Notes under the pieces: generated by a model | What the model was told of the DNA's origin: nothing | Seen by the model: the letters and a program-made list of their open reading frames with translations, nothing else | Databases searched by the model: none | Part shown: in pieces, positions 10,963 to 23,155 of the stretch | How the letters are laid out: each line of letters starts with the position of its first letter | How positions within the stretch are numbered: the stretch's first letter is position 1 | Program-made: the position numbers and the translations under genes | Source of the DNA: Macrostomum lignano | Taxonomy: Eukaryota | Assembly (NCBI GenBank): GCA_002269645.1 | Contig: NIVC01000868.1 | Coordinates: forward strand, 364,351-423,702 | DNA: 59,352 bases | Direction: 5' to 3'

Positions 10963-13462
10963 ATGCCGCAGCAGCAGAGTGATGATGAAAAACCCAAGGA
11001 TTCTGCGCTGCGGCCATCGTCAGATCCCTGCAGCCCCCGCTGCCTGCCACAGGAACTGTGCGAGCGAATCCTCCGCCTGCTGGACGTGCGCAGCCTGCTG
11101 GCCTGCCGCGGTGTCAGCCATCGCTGGAGGGCCTCCGTCTCCGCCAGCGGCGCCTGGCGACTGCACGCGGCCCGGCTCGGCCTGCCGGCGGAGCCCGCGG
11201 CGTCTCTGGCGCAACGCGTGGCCCTGCTGTCCGGAGCCTGCGGCAGGGTCGCCGCTGTCAGGCTAGACGTCAGCAACGAAGAGGCTGCGGCTGAGGGAGG
11301 GATGGCCTGGGCCGAAAAGCTGCTCAGCGCGGTGAGTCGCCTGAAGGCCTCGCTGCCACATCCGATTCTGCCTTGATTCCAAACCATTCCATTCCCGCAT
11401 TCCAGCCCATTCCACTCCCGCATTCCAGCCCATTCCACTCCTCAGATTTCAGCCCATTCCACTCCCGAATTCCAGCCTATTCCACTCCCGGATTCCAGCC
11501 CATTCCACTCCCAGATTCCAGCCCATTCCACTCCCAGATTCCAGCCCATTCCACTCCCAGATTCCAGCCCATTCCACTCCTCGGATTCCAGCCCATTCCA
11601 CTCCCAGATTCCAGCCCATTCCACTCCCGCATTTCAGCCCATTCCACTCCAAGATTCCAGCCCATTCCACTCCCGGATTCCAGCCCATTCCAATCCCGGA
11701 TTCCAGCCCATTCCACTCCAAGATTCCAGCCCATTCCACTCCCGGATTCCAGCCCATTCCACTCCCAGATTCCAGCCCATTCCACTCCCAGATTCCAGCC
11801 CATTCCACTCCCAGATTCCAGCCCATTCCACTCCCAGATTCCAGCCCATTCCACTCCCGCATTTCAGCCCATTCCACTCCAAGATTCCAGCCCATTCCAC
11901 TCCCAGATTCCAGCCCATTCCACTCCTCGGATTCCAGCCCATTCCACTCCCAGATTCCAGCCCATTCCACTCCCGCATTTCAGCCCATTCCACTCCAAGA
12001 TTCCAGCCCATTCCACTCCTGGATTCCAGCCCATTCCAATCCCGGATTCCAGCCCATTCCACTCCCGGATTCCAGCCCATTCCATTCCCAGATTCCAGCC
12101 CATTTCACTCCTCGGATTCCAGCCCATTCCACTCCTCGGATTCCAGCCCATTCCACTCCCGGATTCCAGCCCATTCCACTCCCGGATTCCAGCCCATTCC
12201 ACTCCCGGATTCCAGCCCATTCCACTCCCGGATTCCAGCCCATTCCACTCCCGGATTCCAGCCCATTTCACTCCTCGGATTCCAGCCCATTCCACTCCCA
12301 GATTCCAGCCCATTCCACTCCCGGATTCCAACCTTTCCAGCACTACAGTAACGGGCAGCTCCGGCTGCTGCTGTACACTCCCGAGCTCAATCGGGCCCGC
12401 GTCTGCCGCATCCGAGTTGTTCTTGGCAGCGGGGCGGACCCGCCCCCCAGGCCGGTCTCCCTGCGGCTGGGACGGCACGGGCTGCTGCTGCGCACGGACT
12501 GGCTGGGCTCCGGCTCCCTCCTGCTGCCGCTGCTGGGCCTCACACGCGGCGCCACCTGGCCGATGTTCGAGCTGGACGACAGCGTGACATCGCTGCTCGC
12601 CTACCCTTGTGCCTGTGGGCACCGCCGGCTCGTCTGCGCCGCCGAGAGCCGCCTGCAGCTCTGGTCGCTGCCGCGGCTTGCATCGCCAGCCGCCGAGGTG
12701 CCGTCGGCTCGGCTGCGGCCCCAGGCGGAGCTGCAGTTCGACTCCACCGTTGAAGGCCTGGCCTACCTGGACCCGCCCGATGGCAACTGCCTTGGCGAGC
12801 AGCTCGCGGTGGCCATCAGCCCCAGCGCTGCCACGCTGGTTCGCATCGGCTGCCAGCGGCTGGAGCGGCTGCACCGCCTGACCGCTCTGAGCGACGCCTG
12901 CTTGAACATCCGCAGCCTGCCGAGCTGCTTCAACACCGTGGAGGAGCTGCTGGATGATGCCGGAAAGTTATCCGGCTACTTCAGAGTGACGCGCTACTGG
13001 CAGTCTGCGCCTGGCGCCGTCAGCGGCTCCGACTGCCGCTACGGGCCGCTGCGGCACCGCCTGAGCCGCCTGCTGCAGCTGCTGGACCTGCAGTCGCACT
13101 TCCTGCTGCTGTTCTCCGCCGGCCAGCTCGCCTGCCAGCAGGTGGCCGCTCTGTTCCGCTACGGCACCGAGCGGCCACTGCTGCAGCTGATTGTGCCAGC
13201 CGTGTCGCGCCCCGCCAGCAGTTGCGGGCTGCTGCGCACCGCCGTTGTCCGCGAGCCGGTGCCCTGGTGTCACGGTCTCGACCCCCGCCGGCCCTGCCTG
13301 CCCCTCTACCTGTCCTTCACGCCGGGCGCCGAGTTCGAGCTTCTCCAGTGGCGGCTCGGCCTGCAGGAGGCGGGCGCGGCTGACCGCCTCGTCAAAGCAG
13401 AAGCTGCGGCGCTTTGCGAAAGCGGCGGCGACAGCAGAGCCGATGCTTTCAACGGAGTCTGA
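10963..13462 (+). CDS. F-box protein (~496 aa); exons 10963-11331 and 12341-13462
   Basis: F-box motif LPQELCERILRLLDVRSLLACRGVSHRWR. Donor GCG|GTGAGT and acceptor ACCTTTCCAG|CAC are both phase 0; exon 2 is open and in frame with ORF 12563-13462. Confidence 0.85.
11374..12330. repeat. Intronic minisatellite, 23 bp unit (CCACTCCCAGATTCCAGCCCATT), ~41 copies
   Basis: Direct tandem repetition filling nearly the whole F-box intron. Confidence 0.97.
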
Positions 13463-14692
13463 GCACCGCTTCACTGCAGAGCAACCACGATATTCGCTGG
13501 GATATTTTTGCTCTTCATATTTTCACACCTCCGTGCCAGCGCCGCACTGACCCAAGGAAGTCACTTGGCCAAGCGCCGAGTCTCTGCCTATCTCATTCTA
13601 TGATCTTCTGTGAGACTTTTTGAGAGGATTTGGAAATAAATAAGCTGACAGATACAAACTAGTTTGATAGATTCCTGTTGATTTTTTATGAACGTACGCT
13701 CGTATCGCAAAACAATGGTTACCTTGTAGATGACTCACCGCGGTACCTGTCTGAGCTGTAGTATGGATGCATATTTTTGCAGATAAGGTGTCTAGTGCGC
13801 CATTTTCACTGGTGTTGAACTACTAAAGCAGACCTCTATACCCAGCTGCACTTCTGCACAGGTGACTGCTTTCTTTTGTACTTTCTTACAAGTAGTTAAT
13901 TACTTTACTCAAAGCATCTAAGGATTTGGCCTGTGATGCAAAAATATTTTTCGTTGTTGCTGGAAACTGCTCCATAAACCTACAGGGCTTTCAGGTTATA
14001 AATTGCATCCGAGTGGAAAAATACACTGGAGGCGCCTCTCACCTGTTGAGCAACTTTAAAACAGTTAAATAGAAGTTACGGAGACTGACTTCCTTCTTTA
14101 GTTTTTCTTTGCCAAGAAAGTTCAAGGCAAAACTGCGAGAAAAATATATTTACAGTCAGAAAAGTCCAGACTCAACAGAAAAAAAGCAGGACAGAGAACT
14201 CCAAGCTATTATTGCAGAGCCACCTGTTTCAACAGGTTGCTGCGGGCAGGGGCTGAAAGACCAGTAAGTAAAACAAAATATTGCAAGATAAAAACACGCT
14301 GCCACAACATCAATGAACAAAACAAACAAAAAGGAAAAAAGAAAATCCGGTTGTCAGCAGGCCAACAGGCTGTCCAACTGGACCCGTGCATCACGTGACA
14401 ATTGTAGCCTAATTTGGTCCTGGATTCTGGGCGCGCAGACAGAAAAGTGACAGATAAAAGCACTGCAGTATAACAAGAGACAATCGCGTCGGGTCCGTAC
14501 GGCGGAACTGATTAAAAGCAGCGAATGCAAAACGCTGACGGAAACTGACTAAAAAAAGCAAAAAACTCAAATAGGCAGCAATTTTTCGTTTTCGATGAGA
14601 TTAAGAATGGATTGTAGAAGCGAAAAGCAAGGAAACACAGAACATGTAAATAATAGCGGGACGGGACAACATGAACAATAAATCCATGGTAG

Positions 14693-16685
14693 CGATCACC
14701 AATTCACACTAAACTGTAGTGAAACCCTCCTGGCGATCACTCATTCACGCTAAACTGTAGTGAAACCCTCCTGGCGATCACCAATTCACGCTAAACTGTA
14801 GTGAAACCCTCCTGGCGATCACCAATTCACGCTAAACTGTAGTGAAACCCTCCTGGCGATCACCAATTCGCACTAAACTGTAGTGAAACCCTCCTGGCGA
14901 TCACCAATTAACACTAAACTGTAGTGAAACCCTCCTGGCGATCACTAATTCACGCTAAACTGTAGTGAAACCCTCCTGGCGATCACCAATTCACGCTACT
15001 GTAGTGAAACCCTCCTGGCGATCACCAATTCACGCTACTGTAGTGAAACCCTGCTGCGATCACCAATTCACGCTAAACTGTAGTGAAACCCTCCTGGCGA
15101 TCACCAATTCACACTAAACTGTAGTGAAACCCTCCTGGCGATCACCAATTCGCACTAAACTGTAGTGAAACCCTCCTGGCGATCACCAATTCACGCTACT
15201 GTAGTGAAACCCTGCTGCGATCACAAATTCACGCTAAACTGTAGTGAAACCCTCCTGGCGATCACCAATTCACACTAAACTGTAGTGAAACCCTCCTGGC
15301 GATCACCAATTCACGCTACTGTAGTGAAACCCTGCTGCGATCACCAATTCACGCTAAACTGTAGTGAAACCCTCCTGGCGATCACCAATTCACACTAAAC
15401 TGTAGTGAAACCCTCCTGGCGATCACCAATTCACGCTAAACTGTAGTGAAACCCTCCTGGCGATCACCAATTCACGCTAAACTGTAGTGAAACCCTCCTG
15501 GCGATCACCAATTCACGCTAAACTGTAGTGAAACCCTCCTGGCGATCACCAATTCACACTAAACTGTAGTGAAACCCTCCTGGCGATCACTAATTCACGC
15601 TAAACTGTAGTGAAACCCTCCTGGCGATCACCAATTCACGCTACTGTAGTGAAACCCTCCTGGCGATCACCAATTCACGCTACTGTAGTGAAACCCTGCT
15701 GCGATCACCAATTCACGCTAAACTGTAGTGAAACCCTCCTGGCGATCACCAATTCACACTAAACTGTAGTGAAACCCTCCTGGCGATCACCAATTCGCAC
15801 TAAACTGTAGTGAAACCCTCCTGGCGATCACCAATTCGCACTAAACTGTAGTGAAACCCTCCTGGCGATCACAAATTCACGCTAAACTGTAGTGAAACCC
15901 TCCTGGCGATCACCAATTCACACTAAACTGTAGTGAAACCCTCCTGGCGATCACCAATTCACGCTACTGTAGTGAAACCCTGCTGCGATCACCAATTCAC
16001 GCTAAACTGTAGTGAAACCCTCCTGGCGATCACCAATTCACACTAAACTGTAGTGAAACCCTCCTGGCGATCACCAATTCACGCTACTGTAGTGAAACCC
16101 TGCTGCGATCACAAATTCACGCTAAACTGTAGTGAAACCCTCCTGGCGATCACCAATTCACACTAAACTGTAGTGAAACCCTCCTGGCGATCACCAATTC
16201 ACGCTACTGTAGTGAAACCCTGCTGCGATCACCAATTCACGCTAAACTGTAGTGAAACCCTCCTGGCGATCACCAATTCACACTAAACTGTAGTGAAACC
16301 CTCCTGGCGATCACCAATTCACGCTACTGTAGTGAAACCCTCCTGGCGATCACCAATTCACACTAAACTGTAGTGAAACCCTCCTGGCGATCACCAATTC
16401 ACACTAAACTGTAGTGAAACCCTCCTGGCGATCACCAATTCACACTAAACTGTAGTGAAACCCTCCTGGCGATCACCAATTCACGCTACTGTAGTGAAAC
16501 CCTGCTGCGATCACCAATTCACGCTAAACTGTAGTGAAACCCTCCTGGCGATCACCAATTCACACTAAACTGTAGTGAAACCCTCCTGGCGATCACTAAT
16601 TCACGCTAAACTGTAGTGAAACCCTCCTGGCGATCACTAATTCACGCTAAACTGTAGTGAGACCCTGCTGCGATCACCAATTCAC
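14693..16685. repeat. Minisatellite, 41 bp unit (GATCACCAATTCACGCTAAACTGTAGTGAAACCCTCCTGGC), ~49 copies with higher-order structure
   Basis: Direct tandem repetition with 38/39/41-bp variants; 120-bp trimer period at 15961-16330. Confidence 0.97.
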
Positions 16686-16702
16686 GATTCGAGCTGCGAG
16701 CC

Positions 16703-17864
16703 TCAGTCCGAGTGCAGCCTACCCAGGGTGTCAGCAAGTGCAGCGACTGTGGCAGCGGCGGCACCGACTGCCAGGGCGACGCTGGGTGAAGCGAAGCGCA
16801 CCGCCGCGTTGCAGTTGCGCCGGTCGCAAAAGCAGAGGCTGCCGCCGCGGCCGCGCGATTCATCGATGCAGACAAGATAGGGGGACACCTTCTTCAGCTC
16901 CAGCTTATTCGAGCAGGTGCGCCGGATCCGCTTGGTATCTGCGGGACTCGGCATGAGTTGAGCTGCGTCAGCTGGCGTATATGCTATGTAGGCGACAGGG
17001 GCTTCGCCATGTATAATTCTACTGGGAGAAAGAAGTAATAGAAGCAGTATAAGTAAGTCTCTATATAAGGTATTTTGTTAATGCATATATTGCCGTTAAT
17101 CATCAGGTGAAAGTTCAGCACCCGACACCCAAGGGGACCATGCAGCTGAGCAGGCTAGCATGCAAATTGGGCGCATTTTGAAAGTTGTAAGTCAGGAAAA
17201 ACCGATGCTAAAATCTCGCTGTTGTGACCTTGAGATCCATTTGAGAGCCTGAAGTTAACACGAGACCCCCATTTTCTTTATTTATCGCATCTTCGAGAGC
17301 ACCTCGTGGATGAAGGCGTTAGTAATCTTTTTTTATGTTCACAATTGGAAGCTTTTAGCACAGCTCTGTTCCGAGAGTTACGTCATCCAAAGTGAGACTA
17401 AGATGAGGACAAAGAAACGCCTGTCCCCTGCTACTGTCCCGCTCCTAGTGCGCAAGGGAGCAGTGTCGCAATACTCACCCCCAGAGCTGTAGACCCACTT
17501 GCTGCAGACGCCCAGGCATCGCACAGACGGAATGAGGCCCTGCTTCACCAGCGTCATGTCGAATGGGTCGCGGCAGTTTGGGTCCACTGACGTGTCGCAC
17601 TCGATGCAGTTGACGATTTGCTCTGAGAATTTTCAGTTAATGACAGTAAGAAAAGTTATGATTGCAAACTAGTAGGCCTCTCTCGCAAGCAGCAAAACCT
17701 GGTACTTAGACAGAAGATTAATCTACAGTAGTACAAATGCTTAAAAAGAGGATTGTCAAAAATTATTTCAACTTACCTCTGCAGAAATCAGGGTCAGAAC
17801 TAAACCCAAGCCTGCCAATGGAGCACTGAGAGATAAACACCACGAACCAAAACTGCAACTTCAT
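16703..17864 (-). CDS. Quiver/sleepless-like Ly6/uPAR three-finger protein (155 aa), probably GPI-anchored; exons 17864-17777, 17622-17479, 16938-16703
   Basis: Phase-1 junctions join MKLQFWFVVFIS..-CIECDTSVDPNCRDPF..C..C..-RTC..C..CFCDRRNCN plus a hydrophobic tail. This Cys pattern is typical of the QVR family. Confidence 0.85.
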
Positions 17865-20040
17865 GCCTTAAAAGCAGGATGGAGGTGAGAACTTATTAAT
17901 TGTATCTATTACAATCATTAATTAAATAGCCAAATAGACCTTTTTATTGATATAATTAAATAAAAATAGTGCTCTTAAACTAAATGATTCAAGACTCAAA
18001 AGTTTTTATTTTTCATCATAGCTAGAGTTTGCAAGTGTTAACAGACTAAAAAGAAACTTTTTTGATAAAATTGAAAATTTATTCAAATTAGCTTGTATAG
18101 ACACTTTTACTAGCTCAAGATATGCTATGAATAATTAAAATCTATAGTGAATTAGCAAAAATAAGCATATACAACCAGAGCTATTACTAGAAAACTTCAC
18201 CCCCTCTTATGGAGGCAGTAAAGAAAAAATGTTGAATAAACTAGGCTATGTACAGACTTGGAGAGTTTATAGTCTATGTTGTTAATTTCTTAAGGATATC
18301 TAAAGCAAAGCAAAGCAAAAGCTTAAAGCAAAAAAGATTAAAGCAAAAAACGATATCTTAGTTGTTCTCCTAAAATACAGTAGTTTTAGCAATATCCCCA
18401 ATACATAAACCTTGGTACCTGAGCAATTCCCCTCATGAGCTTTGATATCTGAAAAGTTTCACATACAAATCTTGAAATAGTAGTATTTCCCCCAATGAGT
18501 CATAAGATTTTAACAATTACCCTATTAGACTAATATCGCAGCAATCTCCTAAAACACATTATTTTATCAATTTCCTACATTTAACATCGAATTTACAGCA
18601 ATGCCACCATGAGCCACAGATTTTTGGCGATTCCTCCCCATTAACCATGAAATCTAAGCAATCCCCCCATGAAAACTAAAATCTTAGCATAGAGTCTTAA
18701 ACATAGAAATAGAATCTAGCCCTATGAATATTTATTTCTTCGTAATGTTGTCACAAGCACAACACAAAAAAGGAATAATTATGCATGCTAAATCATAACC
18801 TTCTACAAAATTTAAATCTCTTTAGCACGGACAATTCTCTGCCAAAAAATATATATTTCGGCATCGCGGAGACACATGTTTTATTTACAGTTCTTGCTTT
18901 GCTACCGTTCGTAAGCATCTATTAATTTAGCAAATTTATTGTAAGAATCGTGCGGCGCGGGGCCCGCGAAGATACAAAACAAAATTCAAGTTAGCAGCAC
19001 GGACCATCACTAATTATAAGAAACACTTTGCTTGTGAGACTTGATGCAGGGAAGAATTTTTAGGCTTAGACATTAAATCCCTAATTTTAAATTTATAAAT
19101 TTCAAATGTATTTAATCTTTAGTGTTATCTATCGTATCTTTCGCGTCCGCTATTTTTTCAGTTTATTTTATCTTCATGCATATTTTCAGGATCAAATAAA
19201 GACCAATAAAATATACTTATATACATGACTCCATAATGCACTTGGTGACATGACCTTTATTTTTTATGTTAAAGCGTGTAAATCTAAATAATTTCGGTGT
19301 TTATCACATTGCTATCCTGTTTCACAAGGCTTAAAACATCAGTGCAAAGGTAAGGCGAGAAAAGATAAAAAATCTAAAAATGTACATGATAGTTTCAAGA
19401 AAGTTTTGTGTACTAAAACTTAAGTTAGCAGCAAGCTCGACAGCATCGCCGTATTCTTTTCTTTTCTGCACGATTGCACGGTTAAAACTTGAATTTTAGT
19501 TGTTGGCTAAAAATTCTAAATTGTCTCCATTTTTAACTACAGCATCATTTTTTTCTTTTAAAGTTAAATAAAACTACATATGCATCAACTATTCACTGCT
19601 CATATTATTCATTTTACCTAATCTTTACTGTCAGTAAGAGTACTTACTTTAAAGTAATTACTGATCACATTACCTAAATATATTAAGTAAAATTACTGTA
19701 AATTATATATACAAGAGAGCTTTTATAAAGCTTTCTCATAAATAAGCCTTGTTTATGGTTTAAAACTTTATAATTTTATTTATTGACCTAATAATGTAAT
19801 TAGCGACTCTATGAATAATCAAACTTCCTTTTTCAATGTAGATTTCACATTCTAATGTGACATACATATTTAGAAGTCTATCAATACAACCTATTGCGTG
19901 TTCTAGAAAATTAGCATAACTTTTTCATATCAAATCAAAATTAAAAGTTAGTGCTTAGCAATACAAGTCAAAAAACAACCATAACAAACTTAGGGCAAAG
20001 TGCTTCATTCTTTTCATTCCTAAACTCGAATTTGCAGGCG

Positions 20041-23000
20041 ATGCGCAGCTCCTCTCGCCTGACCTTCCCTAGCGGGGGGCCGGCTGTCCTGACCGTCACT
20101 GGCGGCCAGCCCGACAGCATCGCCGCCACCGTCCTCGTGGTGGCCGCAGATGGCAGCGGCAAGGCCTGGTCCGCCGCGTTCACCGACAGCTACGTCAGCC
20201 AGCTGGCAGCAAAGGCGGGCGGCTGCACCGTCTCCTTCGCCGAGTTCGTGGCGGGAATCCGCGCCGCTGCTGGTGCTGCAGCCGAAGGCGGAGCCGCTCG
20301 ACTCAGCGATGGAACCTCCTGGCAGCTGGACCTGCTCACCTTGGAGCAGCTGCAGCTGCTGCGGGCAACCAAGACTGGTGCATCAGCTGGTGGTGAGCTG
20401 CCGACTTCTCTCAGCAGGGGCTTTTAGTTGCACTAAAGCGAGCTTGACCAGGATGCCAGCGAGAAGGCCATCATGCTTGCCTACTGCGCTGACCGCTGAG
20501 CACATACAAGCGCGCCAATACTGCACACTTAGGCACGCGCTTATACGACGTACACATGACTTTCGAATCGTCAGGCGTGTCTTGGAGTTTGCCTTGAATT
20601 TGGGCCTTCAAGCACTAACTGTTCTGTTGTTGAATTAACGAACGCAGAAACAAGATAGATAATTATCCGGGCGCCCAGTGGCACCAAAAGAGGGCTTGGC
20701 CAATAGGAGGGCGGCTCGTATTTTATGCACGCGGGGAAGGAAAGTTCTAGAAAGACCGGGAGAGGAAACTTCTGGAACTATGCGTAAACGGGACGCTTTC
20801 ATAAGACCTAAATTTCACAACGCCTAAAACCACCACACTTCACAACGCCTAAATTTCATATCGCCTAAATTTCACAACGCCTAAAATCTTTGCTTCTCTC
20901 CTTCGCATTCAGTTTTAGGTGTTGTGAAATTTAGGCGTTGTGAAAGAGCATGCAGATTTTTAGGCGTTGTGAAATTTAGGCGATATGAAGTAGGATGCAT
21001 TTTCGGTTTTAGGCGTTATGAAATTTATGCGATATGAAATTTAGGCGATGTGAAATTTAGGCGTTGTGAAGGAGGCTGCATTTTTGATTTTAGGCGTTGT
21101 GAAATTTAGGTGATGTGAAGTCATGTGCTTTAGGCGTTGTGAAATTTAGGTGATGTGAAGTCATGTGCTTTAGGCGTTGTGAAATTTAGGTGTGGTAGCG
21201 TGGGTCTGCTCAGTTGCTCCGCTCAGTGTAATGTACAGTGCAGGTGTACACCTGCACGCGCGCGTGTGATTGGCTTACGCTTTGTCAGACAACCTTTATT
21301 GTTGGCCAGCTATATTAAATACAAGCTCTCTGCCTTTGGGGGGGGGTCTTAACTCCACTTTGGTGGAGTTTTCACAGTGGCGACGAGACTGAAACGATCC
21401 TGCGCAAATGAGTAGTGCAAGTGCACTAGGGCTTGTCGGCCCATACGAAGAAGGCTCTGAGCCGTGGCATATGTACCAAGCAAGGTTAGAACAATATTTT
21501 GTTGCCAATGACGTCACTGAGGAAGCGAAAAAGCGAGCGATTCTGCTGAGTTCATGCGGCAAGAAAGTCTTCCATCTGGCCTTCAGTCTTCTGTCTTCTG
21601 CCCAGCCATCAGCCAAGAGCTACACCGAAATTTGCGAAGCACTTAAGAGCCATTTCGAGCCTGAGGAGTCCGAGATCGTCCATCGTTACCGATTCTACAC
21701 CAGAAATCGCAGGGAAGGTGAGGGCGTCGCGGACTTCGTCGCAGACCTCCGAGACCTGGCTCGCGACTGCAAGTTCGGCGACAGCCTGACTTCGATGCTT
21801 CGCGACAGGCTGGTGCTGGGAATCAACAACGACAGCGCTCAGCGGCGGCTGCTGGCGGAGCCCGATCTCACTCTAGCGAAGGCATTGAAGCTGGCCCTGG
21901 CCCACGAGTCCGCTGCCAAGGGCTGCCAGCTGGTGTCGGAAGCGAGCAAGCCAGATCCAGTCAGTTGCTCCGCTCAGTTGCTCCGCTCAGTGTAATGTAC
22001 AGTGCAGGTGTACACCTGCACGCGCGCGTGTGATTGGCTTACGCTTTGTCAGACAACCTTTATTGTTGGCCAGCTATATTAAATACAAGCTCTCTGCCTT
22101 TGGGGGGGTGTCTTAACCCCGAAGTGGAGTTTTCACATTAGGTCTTATGAAGCGCCCCCGCGTAAACAAGTCCTGCTGTGGAAGTTTCTAGAAACCCTGT
22201 CCCCGAACTATCCCTACGCATTGCATGCCTTTGCAACACACAACACTAACAGCAGAATTTAACTCCGAGTCTGTGATGCGCTCCGCCACTCTTTTAGGAG
22301 CAGCTTGGCTTTATTTCTTTAGTGAAAAAACAAAAATTTTTCATTACTCGTGTTTTTGACTTCCACTTTCCTCCAACCAACGCAGCGGCCCCGCCGTTAC
22401 CGCAGCAGCTTTGCCGCTTCCTCATCGTGACGCGCACACGCAGCTCTAACCGGGTGCACTTCCCGCTCCCGCTGGACCCAGTGAACGCTGCCGCCACCAC
22501 TGCATCCCCCGAGTCCCGGAGCGCCGTGAAGCGGCCTGGCAGCGCCGGCGCCACCGACCTCCGTCGGCTGCAGACGCGGGTGGCGCAGCTGCGTCGGGAA
22601 AATCACCGTCTAGCAGAGGAAAACCGACGCCTGACCGCTGATGCAGACGAAGCGACGGCTCTTCGGCGCGAAGCTGCCGAGCTTGGCGCTGCGGCGAGGC
22701 GAGCGCGCGCCAGTCTTGATCAGCGGCGCCGACGAGAGAGCGCCGCCAGCGCCGAACTGGCCGGACTCCGCGCCGAAGTGTCGAGTCTGAGACGCGCTGA
22801 GAGCGAGGCGCGGCGCCGGCTGGCGGAGGCGGAGGCTTCGCTGGCCGCCCAGAGAGCCGGGCTGCGCTTGGGCTCCATGCGCCGGCGTGCGCGTTCCCTG
22901 GAGCGCCAGAATACGGCGCCTCTTCCGCCAACTCAGACGCTTCCACAGCCTTCATCGGAGCGACCAGGCCGCCGCCATCGGCGCCCTTCGAATCTCTCTC

Positions 23001-23155
23001 CAGCTCCGTCAGCAAGTCAGTTGGCGGCCAGGGCTCGCAACGGCGGGCCGCCCAGCCCGGCGCCCTATGAGGCGGAGATCGGCGACATCGACAGGCGGTT
23101 GGAGCAGCTGCGGTGCGCTCTCGACCAGGCGCTGTTGTTGCCCGCCCGCGGTTGA
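20041..23155 (+). CDS. CCDC61: CCDC61/VFL3-like centriolar protein (373 aa); exons 20041-20392 and 22386-23155
   Basis: WSAAFTDSYVSQLAAKAG..FAEF, LDLLTLEQLQLLRATKTG (cf. LDLLTYTDLESLRNRKMG) and RFLIV..RVHFPLPL (cf. RYLILIY..RIHYPLPL), then a coiled coil. Phase-1 donor G|GTGAGC matches acceptor CAACGCAG|CG. Confidence 0.8.
21191..22137 (+). mobile_element. Internally deleted Ty3/Gypsy LTR retrotransposon (5' LTR 21191-21376, PBS, gag, 5'-truncated 3' LTR ~21972-22137)
   Basis: TG...CA ends; TTAGG 5-bp TSD (21186-21190, 22138-22142); PBS TGGCGACGAG (tRNA-Ser(GCU)-type) at 21378; no pol and no PPT. Confidence 0.92.
21408..21995 (+). CDS. gag: Gypsy gag (capsid) ORF, truncated and reading into the 3' LTR
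   Basis: W..Y..RLEQYFVAN.V..KKRAILLS.CG, RYRFYTRNRREGE.VADFVADLR.LA..CKFG, LRDRLVLGI, RLLAEPDLTL.KA. Confidence 0.88.
   Translation: MSSASALGLVGPYEEGSEPWHMYQARLEQYFVANDVTEEAKKRAILLSSCGKKVFHLAFSLLSSAQPSAKSYTEICEALKSHFEPEESEIVHRYRFYTRNRREGEGVADFVADLRDLARDCKFGDSLTSMLRDRLVLGINNDSAQRRLLAEPDLTLAKALKLALAHESAAKGCQLVSEASKPDPVSCSAQLLRSV

Larger units (their letters stand above)
20790..22158. mobile_element. Foldback/MITE-like DNA element (TIRs with internal ~17-bp sub-repeats), interrupted by an LTR element
   Basis: Left end GGGACGCTTTCATAAGACCTAAATTTCACAACGCC pairs with right end GGCGTTGTGAAATTTAGG[LTR]TCTTATGAAGCGCCCC. Flanked by TGCGTAAAC/CGCGTAAAC, an 8-9 bp TSD. Confidence 0.75.

Noticed and set aside
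11864-13474. Antisense ORFs over GC-rich exons (e.g. 11864-12874, 12968-13474; similarly 22446-23015, 25449-25952, 38553-39005)
   Set aside because: Shadow ORFs caused by GC3-biased coding on the opposite strand.
14693-16685. CRISPR-like appearance of the regular 41-bp repeat
   Set aside because: No unique spacers, no cas genes, eukaryotic context.
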